IMG/VR virus record: IMGVR_UViG_3300015615_000721
Location: 3,688-67,687 of that record
Strand: one strand, 5' to 3'
Length of the DNA stretch: 64,000 bases
DNA from: a virus
Both the position numbers and the translations under genes were made by a program. The notes beneath the pieces were generated by a model. It searched no databases. It was not told the origin of the DNA and was given only the letters and a program-made list of their open reading frames with translations. Positions 28,581 through 38,049 of this stretch are shown piece by piece; position 1 is the first letter of the stretch, and every line of letters starts with the position of its first letter.

Positions 28581-30205
28581 CAGCTCGTCCCCTCGGGCAC
28601 CGCTTCGTCGTGGTCGCTTCGCCCCTGCACGCCCATAGTCGCGGATGCCGGTGAGAGCGCGACGCCGAGGCGCGCAAGAAAACGTGTCTCGCGCGCGATC
28701 TGCCGCGCGGTCTTGCGCCAGTCCCTGCCCTGCTCGGCGTTCGCCGATTGCAACGAGTCGGTGCCGGTCTCGCGGCCGATCTGATAGGCCTGCCGCTCCT
28801 TCACCGGATCGACATGGCCGCGGCCAGGCCCAATCCAGGCGCAACGCAGCCAGGCCGAGCGCTTCGCATAGAAGCTGTCCGCCCCGCCGTTGCGGCGCAG
28901 GGACGGCAGCTCGACGATGCCGCGATCGACCGCCTCCTCGAACCACAGGGCGTAGATCGGATTGGCCTTGGTCCGCTCGAGGAACGCCGAGCGACCAGTG
29001 ATGGCCTTCCAGGCGCCCAGCAAGGACGCGCGGGCGCTCGAGTAGTTCGTCTTGGAAAAGTCGCGGCTTAGCTCCTCGAACGACATGCCGAGGCCGGCAG
29101 CGATGCGGCGCAGGGTGGCATTGATGAAAGGCTCGTATCCCGCGCCCGGCTGCGTCGGATTGCTGAACTTGAGCGAGGTGCCCACCGGCATGCGGATCAG
29201 CCGCGTGCGGTCGGCGAGCTGCATCTGCGGACCCGGAATGGCGAATTCCGGTTGTCCGTTCACCGCCGTTGGCGTCTTCACCCCGAAAATGGTCTCCAGA
29301 GCCTCGGTATCGAGGCCGGACTGCGTCTCGATCGTGGCCGCCAGCAGCGTATTGAGAAGGTCCGCCTTCAGCGTAGCGCGCTCCTTCACGTCATTGAGGC
29401 GGAAGGCCTCGACCACCGGTGTCATCGGCGAAACCCCGCGGGTCATGCCATCGCCGTCGGTCAGGAAGCCATGCATCACGATCGGCCGGCCGAAATCATC
29501 CTCGCGCGCCAGCCGCTCCCAGTCGAAGCTCGAGGCGAACAGAAACGGATCGAACGGATGTGACTTCCGGATCCAGTAGGCCAGCGGCTCGCCGTGGGCG
29601 CCCAGATCGATGCCATTGCGACGTTCAGCCGAATCCATCTCACCGTTGGGATTGGACAGGCGGTCCGGATTGATCTCCTGGACTGCGGTCGCCATGTGCG
29701 CGCGGCCGGGACCGATGCGCTCCTCGAGCCAGTGCGCGACGCTCAAATGCTCGCCGCTATCCCACCACGAACTGAAAGCCTGGCGCAGAAGGCCGATGAA
29801 GGTGACCCGGCGGCCGGCATCGATCCAGCATCCGGGATCGTTCGCCCATTCGTCGAAGGCCTCCTCGACCGTCTCGCCGAAGGCATCCTTGTCGTCATCC
29901 GGCATGTCGGCCAGGCCGAGTGCCTGCCAGTTGGGCTCGCAGGCCAGCATCCAGTTGGCGCCGATGATGTTGTCGATCTGGCTCTGCCGTGCGCCGGCCG
30001 CCCAGCCATTGTTGCGGCCCATGTCGCGCTGGCGGGCGACGACATCGTCGCGTAGCCCCCACATGGCGGCGTCGTGCGACAGCAGAGCTGGTGCATAGCT
30101 CGCCATTTCCTGGCTGAGCCGGTCGCCGGCCCGGTAAGCTGCATCAGCGCGCAGGTCGCGCAGCGGCGTCACGCCATCGGCGGCGACCAGTACGGTTCCC
30201 GGCAT
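28580..30205 (-). CDS. Portal protein, lambda family
   Basis: RD..RNNGWAAG, IAAGLGMSFEELSRDFSKTNYSSARAS and WIGPGRGHVDPVKE. Confidence 0.95.
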   Translation of the reverse strand: MPGTVLVAADGVTPLRDLRADAAYRAGDRLSQEMASYAPALLSHDAAMWGLRDDVVARQRDMGRNNGWAAGARQSQIDNIIGANWMLACEPNWQALGLADMPDDDKDAFGETVEEAFDEWANDPGCWIDAGRRVTFIGLLRQAFSSWWDSGEHLSVAHWLEERIGPGRAHMATAVQEINPDRLSNPNGEMDSAERRNGIDLGAHGEPLAYWIRKSHPFDPFLFASSFDWERLAREDDFGRPIVMHGFLTDGDGMTRGVSPMTPVVEAFRLNDVKERATLKADLLNTLLAATIETQSGLDTEALETIFGVKTPTAVNGQPEFAIPGPQMQLADRTRLIRMPVGTSLKFSNPTQPGAGYEPFINATLRRIAAGLGMSFEELSRDFSKTNYSSARASLLGAWKAITGRSAFLERTKANPIYALWFEEAVDRGIVELPSLRRNGGADSFYAKRSAWLRCAWIGPGRGHVDPVKERQAYQIGRETGTDSLQSANAEQGRDWRKTARQIARETRFLARLGVALSPASATMGVQGRSDHDEAVPEGTS

Positions 30206-30213
30206 GTGGACCC

Positions 30214-30423
30214 TCAGAAAATCGGCGTGATCGGTCCGCGGTAGCCGGTCGGCAGGCCGAGGCTCGCGCGCAGCTGGGCGATGTACTGGTCGAGCTGGCC
30301 AAGGTTGGCCTGATTGTAGGTGATCGACTTGCCGCCGGCGGACGACACGGTCACCGCCTTCTGGCCGAGCATGAGCTGGTGGCGAACATCCAGCGCCTCG
30401 GTAAGACGATCGAGGTCGGTCAT
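30214..30423 (-). CDS. Head completion protein, gpW-like
   Basis: HQLMLGQKAVTV...G.SITY..ANL..L..YIAQL, between terminase and portal. Confidence 0.85.
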   Translation of the reverse strand: MTDLDRLTEALDVRHQLMLGQKAVTVSSAGGKSITYNQANLGQLDQYIAQLRASLGLPTGYRGPITPIF

Positions 30424-30430
30424 GGCGGTC

Positions 30431-32470
30431 TCACAGGGTGATGATTTCCTCGGCCGGCGGCGCCGGCCGAACGCCATTCAGGGTCGCCGGCGGAATGCCT
30501 GGCGCGGACGGGCGCGCGTCTGGGAACTCGGGCAGGTCGAACAGCGAGCGCTGCTCGGATGCCTTGCGCAGCCAGTGACGTTCGAGCCAATCCCACTCCG
30601 CCGGCGATTTCTTGGCGAGGCCTTCCTTCTCGGCAACGGCCTCGGCGTAAATGCGGGCGTCGAGCAGATGGTTGTCGTTCTCGACGCGGTGCCAGCCCTG
30701 CCGGACCTTGCCGGTCTTGCGGTCGCGCTGGGTGACGAAGATCTCCGACAGCAGCTGCCGGAAATCATCCTCTCCCCAGTCCTGGCTGAAATGGCAGTAG
30801 CCACCCGGATACTCGACCATCTCCGGGGGCTTCTTCAGCTTCAGCTGCGAGTAGAAGCGCTGCTTCAACGTCCAGGTGCCGACCGGATAACTCTTCGGGC
30901 CGCGGCGACGCGACTTGCCGCGCTCCGTCGACTCCCGGAGGTTCGGCCGCCCGAGCCAAGCCGGGACCTTCCAGCCTTCCTCGCCGCGTACTGCCATCCG
31001 GCCGGGAGCCTTCTTGCACCATTCGACGACGACGTCGGTCTGGTAGTTGGCATCGATGCCAAGCACATCGATCGGACGCTCGACGCCGCGGACATCGCGG
31101 AACGTCTTCTTCTGGATGGCAGCCAGGCCGAGCCAGCATTCGGCCTCGAGGATGCCCGGATCGCCGGCCACAAAACCGTGATCGAGATTCCACGACTGGC
31201 GATCCCTGCCCCAGCCGACAACGGTGTACCAGATGCCATCGCCCTGAACGTCGGCGCCGAGGGTGATGAGCAGCACGCCGCTTGGGCAAGTACCCGCATC
31301 CCAGGTTTCACGGCGATCGACCAGGTCCTTCGCCGCGGGTCGATCGGCCGCCTCGTCCCACGCCTCCCCAAGCTGAAGGTTGAAGAAGGTCTTGAGCTTG
31401 TCGACGTCGCCCTGGGCATCGATCCACTTGGCGACAATATGGTCCCAGGTCGTGAACGGACTGTTCAGCGCGCTGATGTGGTAGCTGGGCTCGCGGCCGG
31501 GAAATGGCATCGCGTGGACCCAGCGGCCCGCCGAGTTCATCGCCTCGAGCTGCCAATGCTGGATGATGCAGCCGTTGGCCTCACAGACGTAGTGAGCATG
31601 ATGAGGCGGCGTCGGGTCGAACTTGATCCCGAACGGCTTTTCCTTCCCACCCCATTTTAGGACCTGCTCGACACCGCACTGCGGACACGGAACATGCCAG
31701 CGGCCCTGGGTGCCGGCCTCGAACTGGCGCGCCACGCGGCTGACGCTCTTCAGCGTCGGTGTCGAGATGTCGAGTTCCTTGTCCTGGCCGCTCTTCTCGA
31801 ACGAGGTTTTCCGAGCCCGTGCCATCTCGACCGGGTCGCCCTGGCCGCCGACGTTCAACGGGAACTCGTCGACGTCATCGAGAATGATGTAGCGGACCGA
31901 CTTCTGCCGCAGGCCGGCGCCGGAGTTGGCGCCAGTGACCACGATGGAACCGCCGGGGAAGCGCTTCCGCTTCAGCGTACTGCCATCGCGACCGCGAATG
32001 ACGATGTTGCTGACCTTCCGGTGCAAGCGTTTGGTCGCGTCGATGGTGGGTTCGAACTTCTCCGTCGTCCAATCACGTGCCGCTTCGATCGTCGGATGCA
32101 CGACCAGCACAGGCGCCGGCGCGGCGTCGATGATCCAGCCCAGCACGTTGCTGATGCCTTCGGAGCCGGACACCTGCACGCTCTTCATGAAGGTGACACG
32201 GCGCGCCCAATGCGACGGCGCCATGCAGTCCATGATCTCGTTCAGGAACGGCGTCTTGGCATTGCGCCACTTGCCCGGATGCGGGCTCGTTCCCTCCGCG
32301 ACGACGCGGTGCTTCTCGGCCCACTCGCTCGGCTTGATCTCGGGGTCCCGCCGCAGGCCGAGCTGCCACGCCCGCAATACTGCGCGACGCGCGGAACTCA
32401 GCCCAGGCAGCAGCTTACGGAACTGCCGCGGCGCCAGCCTCGCCAGCGTCTCCGTCGTCGGAGCGTTCAT
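30431..32470 (-). CDS. Terminase large subunit, lambda gpA family
   Basis: GKWRNAKTP, MKSVQV, LDDVD, ISTPT, VPCPQCG and GADVQ. Confidence 0.95.
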   Translation of the reverse strand: MNAPTTETLARLAPRQFRKLLPGLSSARRAVLRAWQLGLRRDPEIKPSEWAEKHRVVAEGTSPHPGKWRNAKTPFLNEIMDCMAPSHWARRVTFMKSVQVSGSEGISNVLGWIIDAAPAPVLVVHPTIEAARDWTTEKFEPTIDATKRLHRKVSNIVIRGRDGSTLKRKRFPGGSIVVTGANSGAGLRQKSVRYIILDDVDEFPLNVGGQGDPVEMARARKTSFEKSGQDKELDISTPTLKSVSRVARQFEAGTQGRWHVPCPQCGVEQVLKWGGKEKPFGIKFDPTPPHHAHYVCEANGCIIQHWQLEAMNSAGRWVHAMPFPGREPSYHISALNSPFTTWDHIVAKWIDAQGDVDKLKTFFNLQLGEAWDEAADRPAAKDLVDRRETWDAGTCPSGVLLITLGADVQGDGIWYTVVGWGRDRQSWNLDHGFVAGDPGILEAECWLGLAAIQKKTFRDVRGVERPIDVLGIDANYQTDVVVEWCKKAPGRMAVRGEEGWKVPAWLGRPNLRESTERGKSRRRGPKSYPVGTWTLKQRFYSQLKLKKPPEMVEYPGGYCHFSQDWGEDDFRQLLSEIFVTQRDRKTGKVRQGWHRVENDNHLLDARIYAEAVAEKEGLAKKSPAEWDWLERHWLRKASEQRSLFDLPEFPDARPSAPGIPPATLNGVRPAPPAEEIITL

Positions 32471-33092
32471 CGCCGAACTCGTCGTCGCCCTCGAGCGAGA
32501 GGGTCGACGCAAAATGGTTGAAGGCCTCTCGGCCCTGTTCGACCAGCCACACCCGCCACTCGGCTTCGGTGCGAGGCTGGCCGGCGAATGCGTAAGCGGT
32601 CGAGGCGCGATCTGCGAGGAAAGCGGTCACCGCGTCGCGCGTGCGGCGCGCCATAGTCGCCTGCTCACTATCGACGACGGCGCGCAGCACCAGCCGCCCC
32701 TCGTCTTCGGCAATCTGCCGGATCAGCCGGCGATTGCGCAGCTGTCGCTCGACGACCTGGTGTTTCAGAAGGCCGCTTCCGGCAGCCTGTGCCGGAGGAT
32801 TTGAAGCGCCCCAAGAGCGGCGCTGCTCCGCCCCCGACCGATCATCCTCTTCTGAGTCGGCCTCAATGTCCGGCTCCGCGTTGCGGGCCGAGACGGCCTC
32901 ACCCCTTCGCCGCATCAGTGGATTGATATTGTTTTCGTATGCCTGTCGGACCAGCTCTACGTCGAACAGCGGATTGCCGCGCTCGTCTTTGCCGGCCACC
33001 GGGATCTTGCCGGCAGCCGCATGCTTGCTGATCGTTCCCTTCGCACGGCCGACTGCGGCCGCACAGTCTTGAACGCCGACCAGGTCTGCCAT
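32415..33092 (-). CDS. Terminase small subunit (putative)
   Basis: N-terminal HTH (CAAAVGRAKGTISKHAAAGKIP), then coiled coil with EGRLV; directly upstream of TerL. Confidence 0.75.
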   Translation of the reverse strand: MADLVGVQDCAAAVGRAKGTISKHAAAGKIPVAGKDERGNPLFDVELVRQAYENNINPLMRRRGEAVSARNAEPDIEADSEEDDRSGAEQRRSWGASNPPAQAAGSGLLKHQVVERQLRNRRLIRQIAEDEGRLVLRAVVDSEQATMARRTRDAVTAFLADRASTAYAFAGQPRTEAEWRVWLVEQGREAFNHFASTLSLEGDDEFGDERSDDGDAGEAGAAAVP

Positions 33093-34408
33093 TACCGGCT
33101 CCGCACCGACTCGACGGCGGAGAACGCTTCGCCGCTCGTCGCGAGCACTGCCGTCTTTCCAGTGAATTTCTGCCAACGCCTAACGATCACGTCGCAGTAG
33201 GCCTCGCTCAGTTCCATCGCAAAGCAGCGGCGACCAATGCTCTCGGCCGCAATAATGGTGGAACCCGATCCCCCGAACGGCTCATAGACACAATCACCGC
33301 GGCGGCTGTTATTGAGCATCGGCCTGCGCATGCACTCGACCGGCTTCTGCGTGCCATGCACGGTCGCTTCGTTCTCCTCGCCGCCAGCTTCGATCGACCA
33401 CACGGTCGACTGGTCGCGCATGCCTTGCCAATGTCCCGTGCCGCCCTTGCGCACCACATAGAACGCCGGCTCGTGCTGCCAATGATAGTGGCCGCGGCCG
33501 ATGGCGAAGTTGGACTTCGCCCAGATCACGACAGCGCGTGTTTCGAACTCGCAGGCCCGGAGGCTCTCCTCGACGGCGAACGCCTTGGTCGCAGCATGCC
33601 AGATATACGCGACCTCGCCCGGGAAAAGCGCCCACGCCTCGCGCCAGTCCGCACGGTCATCGTTCAATACTTCGCCGACCCGCTCGGACTCCTTGCCACG
33701 ATTGATAATCTGGTTCCGAAACGCCGGGTCGTACTCGACGCCGTACGGTGGGTCGGTAACCATCAAGTGAGGAACGGCTTCGCCCAGCAGGTGCTTAACG
33801 TCTTTGGCTTCCGTCGAGTCGCCGCACAGCAATCGGTGACTGCCTAGCAGCCACAGGTCGCCGGGACGACTGACGACGATCGCCTGCGGTGCGGGAGTCT
33901 CCTCTTCCGCCGCCTCGCTCTCCTCATCTTCGGCGAGCGTGGCGAGCAGCTTGTCGACTTCCGACGATTCGAAGCCTGTCAGGTCGAGGTCGTAACCAAG
34001 CTCGCCGAGGTCGCGCAGCTCGGTCGCGAGCAGCTCGTCGTCCCAGCCGGCATTCAGGGCCAGCTTATTGTCGGCGATCACATACGCCCGGCGCTGCGCG
34101 GACGAGAGATGATCTAGGACAAGAACTGGGACCTCACTGAGGCCGAGCTGCTTGGCGGCGAGCACTCGGCCGTGACCAGCAATGATCTTGCCGTCCCGTC
34201 CAATCAGGACGGGATTGGTCCAGCCGAACTCTGCGATGCTCGCCGCGATCTGGGCGACCTGGAGTTCGGAGTGGGTCCGCGCGTTGCGCTCATAAGCCAC
34301 CAGGCGATCGACCGACCAGTTTTCCGCCGCCGGCAAGCTAACGGCGGACACGTGGCCCACATTCGGCCGACGTGAGGCCTTGGCCTGCTTCTTGGGCTTG
34401 CGGGCCAT
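33092..34408 (-). CDS. ParB-like N-terminal domain plus N4/N6 DNA methyltransferase
   Basis: YERNARTHS..QV.QIA.SI.EFGW.NP; TDPPYGV; HGTQKPVE; EPFGGSGST. Confidence 0.95.
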   Translation of the reverse strand: MARKPKKQAKASRRPNVGHVSAVSLPAAENWSVDRLVAYERNARTHSELQVAQIAASIAEFGWTNPVLIGRDGKIIAGHGRVLAAKQLGLSEVPVLVLDHLSSAQRRAYVIADNKLALNAGWDDELLATELRDLGELGYDLDLTGFESSEVDKLLATLAEDEESEAAEEETPAPQAIVVSRPGDLWLLGSHRLLCGDSTEAKDVKHLLGEAVPHLMVTDPPYGVEYDPAFRNQIINRGKESERVGEVLNDDRADWREAWALFPGEVAYIWHAATKAFAVEESLRACEFETRAVVIWAKSNFAIGRGHYHWQHEPAFYVVRKGGTGHWQGMRDQSTVWSIEAGGEENEATVHGTQKPVECMRRPMLNNSRRGDCVYEPFGGSGSTIIAAESIGRRCFAMELSEAYCDVIVRRWQKFTGKTAVLATSGEAFSAVESVRSR

Positions 34409-34459
34409 GCTGACGCTCTCGTTGCGACACGGGAAGATGTGAGGCTGTTCGGCGGCTGG

Positions 34460-34590
34460 TCCGTTTCCGACCAGTTTCCGTTTCCACCGCCTCTATGGGG
34501 CGACAGTTTCATCAAATAAATCAATCGCTTACTAGCGAACTAAAGCGGTGCGCTTTACCCGTTGTGGCGAATGCCCCAGGAAGGACCCGT
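34460..34590 (-). promoter_or_regulatory. Lambda-like cos packaging site (cosQ, cosN-like, IHF site, GAAAC repeats)
   Basis: Minus strand ACGGGTCCTTCC-...-ACGGGTAAAGCGCACCGC...TTCGCTA parallels lambda cosQ (GGGTCCT) and cosN. IHF consensus AATCAATCGCTTA at 34519-34531; several GTTTCC repeats. Confidence 0.65.
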
Positions 34591-34615
34591 GACGACCGGC
34601 TGCCAGCCCGGCTGA

Positions 34616-35206
34616 TTATGCAGGGCGACTGATCGCCTCGCTCAGGCTGATCATGAAGTTGCTCTCGAAGCGCTCGCGCACCGTCGCTTCGACCTGAGCC
34701 TTGAAGCCGAAGCGCGGCTTGATCGAGACGCTCTTCTTCAACCAGTAGAGCGCCTTGATCGGATACCGACCCTGCTCTTCGCGCTGCATGATCCCGGCGC
34801 CTGAGCCAGCCTTGACCACGAAGACCCTTGGCTTGTCGCGCACCGGCGTTGGCCGAAGCGCCTTCGAAATCAGGTCACGCTTGGTACGTCGGACATCCTT
34901 GGGCACAGCGATGCGATGGCCGGATGCCTTACGCGTTCCACCGATCTCCTGGTCGCGCATGAACCAATCGATCGAGCCAACGATCGCGGCAAGATTGCCC
35001 TTCGTCGCCGGCGTTATGCGGATGCCCTTGTTCACACGCGAGGTGCGCAGGGTGAAGCGCTTGGGCATTTCAGCGCGCAAGTCCGATTGCGCGTCTCGTG
35101 CCGTCATCGTGAGCGCACGCGCAGTCGCGAAAGGGATCTGGCGCTGCGCCAGATCATCCAAGCCAAGCACCATGCGCTCGACGTCATGCTTAACGTTGAT
35201 GCGCAT
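34616..35206 (-). CDS. Phage protein (minor-tail Z-like / morphogenesis family)
   Basis: RQIPFATARALT.TA...; basic protein of a type commonly found upstream of lambdoid terminases. Confidence 0.6.
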   Translation of the reverse strand: MRINVKHDVERMVLGLDDLAQRQIPFATARALTMTARDAQSDLRAEMPKRFTLRTSRVNKGIRITPATKGNLAAIVGSIDWFMRDQEIGGTRKASGHRIAVPKDVRRTKRDLISKALRPTPVRDKPRVFVVKAGSGAGIMQREEQGRYPIKALYWLKKSVSIKPRFGFKAQVEATVRERFESNFMISLSEAISRPA

Positions 35207-35301
35207 TGTCGTCTCAAATTGTCTGGGAGGGCCGCCTGCGCGATCTCCGCCGACGGTACCGAAGAATTACTCCTGAAAGCGTCACGCTGTCTACGGGCTC
35301 G

Positions 35302-35982
35302 TTAAAGTTTTTTCGACGCTTCGTTCAACCAGCAGTTCTTCGTGCCGTCATCGATGGGCATGGCGAGTGCATTCCATGCTGTCGCGATCGTCTCCAGGTG
35401 GCGTCGATAACGCTTGTAGATGGTTGGGCGCTTCAAACCGCTGCCGCCTTCGCGCGCGGCGATGCCGAACGTAACCTTCGATATGGTGGCCGGCTTGCAG
35501 CCAGCCATCATTCCCATCAAAACAGCCTTGTCGATCGAGCCGAAAGCTTGAAGCTGTGCCAGGGTTGCATCGAGCCGCTTCTCCTCCTCCGAGGTCAAAG
35601 CCTTCGTGGGCGGCGATGCCGAGTCCTGTGGCTGCAGCTCGCCGAGGAACGAACGATAGGTCGCCGGCACCTTTGCGCGTGGAAGCCGGCGGGCGAGCGC
35701 ATTGACGTTGAGCAGCCGGCAATGAACGAGATCCGGCGTCCACTCGGCAGGCATCGGGCCGAAAGGGCCAAGATCGAATGCCGCATCCGCGACGGCAGGC
35801 AAAGCATCAGCACGCCGATCCCATACGGCATGACGTTCACTCACCAGCACGGCGCGCTCGCCGCTCGGCCGAAACTCGTCGATGGGCTTGGTCGGGATCT
35901 GGATCGGCAGCTCTTTAGCTGACTGGGACGGAGAGTCCGGTGCGTCCCGCGTCTGTCCCAGATTTTGTCCCACCTTAACCAT
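35302..35982 (-). CDS. Hypothetical protein, possible late transcription regulator
   Basis: WTPDLVHCRL...RRLP motif and a C-terminal HTH-like region; sits in the Q-like position. Start uncertain. Confidence 0.5.
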   Translation of the reverse strand: MVKVGQNLGQTRDAPDSPSQSAKELPIQIPTKPIDEFRPSGERAVLVSERHAVWDRRADALPAVADAAFDLGPFGPMPAEWTPDLVHCRLLNVNALARRLPRAKVPATYRSFLGELQPQDSASPPTKALTSEEEKRLDATLAQLQAFGSIDKAVLMGMMAGCKPATISKVTFGIAAREGGSGLKRPTIYKRYRRHLETIATAWNALAMPIDDGTKNCWLNEASKKL

Positions 35983-36177
35983 CTGATTCTCCTTACTTAT
36001 TACTGGAATTGGGACAAGGGACAGAGAGAGGCCTGTGTCTCTCCACGCGCACGCGCGCACGTAGGGCATCTGTTTCTCTGTCCCATTGTCCCAATTTTGC
36101 GAAAAACCCCGATTCCATCGGCATCAAATGTTGGGACAAATCGTGGGACACGCGTGGGACGCAAACTGGATTGTCCC
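35942..36177. repeat. GGGACA/TGTCCC iteron cluster, probable replication origin
   Basis: About 9 exact and 2 near copies in both orientations just downstream of the helicase; imperfect inverted repeat 36008-36030 / 36071-36095. Confidence 0.7.
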
Positions 36178-36183
36178 ACTCGC

Positions 36184-38049
36184 TCACCCGTCGTCGTCGC
36201 CAAACGTCGGCAGAAAGACCGGCGGGATCACCACGTAGCGTGACTGCACCTTGGCGAACCGCATGTGTCCCGCCGATGGCCGCGCCTTCCAATGACCGCG
36301 CTGCAGCTGCTTCAGGATCTGCGATCGCTTTCGGCCCTGGTAACCCGGATAGCCTGCCAGGAGCTTGTCCAGGCCGGCGTGCTTGTTTGCCACGCCGAGC
36401 CAGGCCTCGTTCCACGTCTCACCGTCCTTCTTCTCGAAGCGCAGACCAATTCGGCCGAGGTTCTTGCGCGCGTTCGCCGCGTCGATCTCGTCGCTGCGCG
36501 CCAGCGCCACAAGCTCGCCAACGGTGAAGCGCTCACCGCTGCGCCAGAGGTCGGGCACCTGCCCCAGCATCACGTTGAGGAGATCCGATGGCGCGTCGTC
36601 CCCATCCTCGCTCTCGACCAGCGACATGACGAAGGGGCGGAAGCGTGTGAATTCCTCGTGTATGGCGGCGTCGAACGGTGCGTCCGACGTCATGGTGCGC
36701 CATCCCGCAATCAGATTGCCGAGCTGGTCGGCGTCGCGCGGCTGGCCGCCCATGTCGAGGATGGCGGCACGCGCCACCTTGAGATTGGCGCGGAAGAGAT
36801 CGAACCGCGCGACAGCCCTCGCCCTCAAGTCCGGCGAGATCTCAGCGGCCCGCTTGGTCATCGCCGCCATCATCTCAGGCGACGCCGGTGGCCGGTCGCG
36901 GTCCTTGAATGGCAGGACCTCGAGCAACGTGATGCGCGATCGATCCTGCGGCTGCCAGTCCTCGGCGACGGTGGCCGCCATGGTGACGGTGCCGTGCACA
37001 TCGATCCGCCGGCTCTTGCCGCTCGCACTGCCGCGGCCACCCTCGGCACCATCATCGCTCAACAGTCGGACCAGCTCGAAGATGTGGCGGACACGCGCGC
37101 CGCCGTCGGACTCGTTCTCGGCCTCATCGAGGTAGAAAGCCAGTGCCGCTCCGCCGAAGTCCTGCTCGAGGAACGCCTTCGTGTAGGTCTTTTGAACGCG
37201 ATGCGCCCCGCCCCCTACCAGGGTGCTGGCGTAGTGCAGCAGCGACGACTTCCCGGAACCTTGAGGCGCGACGATGAACTTATGCGGTAGCCAGCTCAGG
37301 GCCGAGCAAAGCATGTCGCACCACAGGCCGCCTTGGAACAGGTCGCGTGCCTCGCCAGAATCCCATACCCATTCGTCGAGGTGGGCGGACACAGTGTGCC
37401 CCAGCGAGGCATCGACCGCCGTCCAGGAGTAGGCGCTGGAGCCCTCGATGTCGTGTGTTGGTGGCTCCCGCTTGCCACCGACAACGAACAGCGCATCGCC
37501 AAGCTTGAGACCGGGCTGCTGAATGCTGCCGGCGACGAAGATGCGGTTACCACAGTGGACGATGGGCATTCCGTCCGGGCCACGCCAGGTCCCGGGGCCT
37601 CGTTGAGGTGCTCGGCCGTCGTAGTAGCCGGCCAGCTTGCACCAGCTCATGAGCTTGCCGATGCACAGCTTCTCCCGAACGCCGCCCTTGAAGGCCCGCA
37701 CTTCAGGATCCCATTTGCGGAAATGACGCAACGGCCACCATTGCTCGCCGACGAACAAGTCCGGCAGGCCGCCGCGTCCGTGCAGGTAGTTCGAGGTGAA
37801 GTGCCGGATCTCCCCGAACGAGGTGATGAACACATACTCGCCGGCGCGCATGCCGAGAGCGCGAACTGGACAGGGATCGGGGCGCCACACCCCCCTGTCC
37901 CGCCACCACCACAGGATCTCGCGCTCGCGGACCTCGTACCAGCTGGGACTCAGCCAATCGTCCGGCGGCCCGGGCTTGCCATCTTCGCGACGGGCGGGCT
38001 CTTCTGAGGCGATCGACCAGTCCTGATCGTCATCGTCATTCGTCATCAA
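36184..38049 (-). CDS. Replicative P-loop helicase/ATPase
   Basis: Walker A APQGSGKSS and Walker B FYLDEAE; coupled to the primase gene. Confidence 0.75.
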   Translation of the reverse strand: MMTNDDDDQDWSIASEEPARREDGKPGPPDDWLSPSWYEVREREILWWWRDRGVWRPDPCPVRALGMRAGEYVFITSFGEIRHFTSNYLHGRGGLPDLFVGEQWWPLRHFRKWDPEVRAFKGGVREKLCIGKLMSWCKLAGYYDGRAPQRGPGTWRGPDGMPIVHCGNRIFVAGSIQQPGLKLGDALFVVGGKREPPTHDIEGSSAYSWTAVDASLGHTVSAHLDEWVWDSGEARDLFQGGLWCDMLCSALSWLPHKFIVAPQGSGKSSLLHYASTLVGGGAHRVQKTYTKAFLEQDFGGAALAFYLDEAENESDGGARVRHIFELVRLLSDDGAEGGRGSASGKSRRIDVHGTVTMAATVAEDWQPQDRSRITLLEVLPFKDRDRPPASPEMMAAMTKRAAEISPDLRARAVARFDLFRANLKVARAAILDMGGQPRDADQLGNLIAGWRTMTSDAPFDAAIHEEFTRFRPFVMSLVESEDGDDAPSDLLNVMLGQVPDLWRSGERFTVGELVALARSDEIDAANARKNLGRIGLRFEKKDGETWNEAWLGVANKHAGLDKLLAGYPGYQGRKRSQILKQLQRGHWKARPSAGHMRFAKVQSRYVVIPPVFLPTFGDDDG

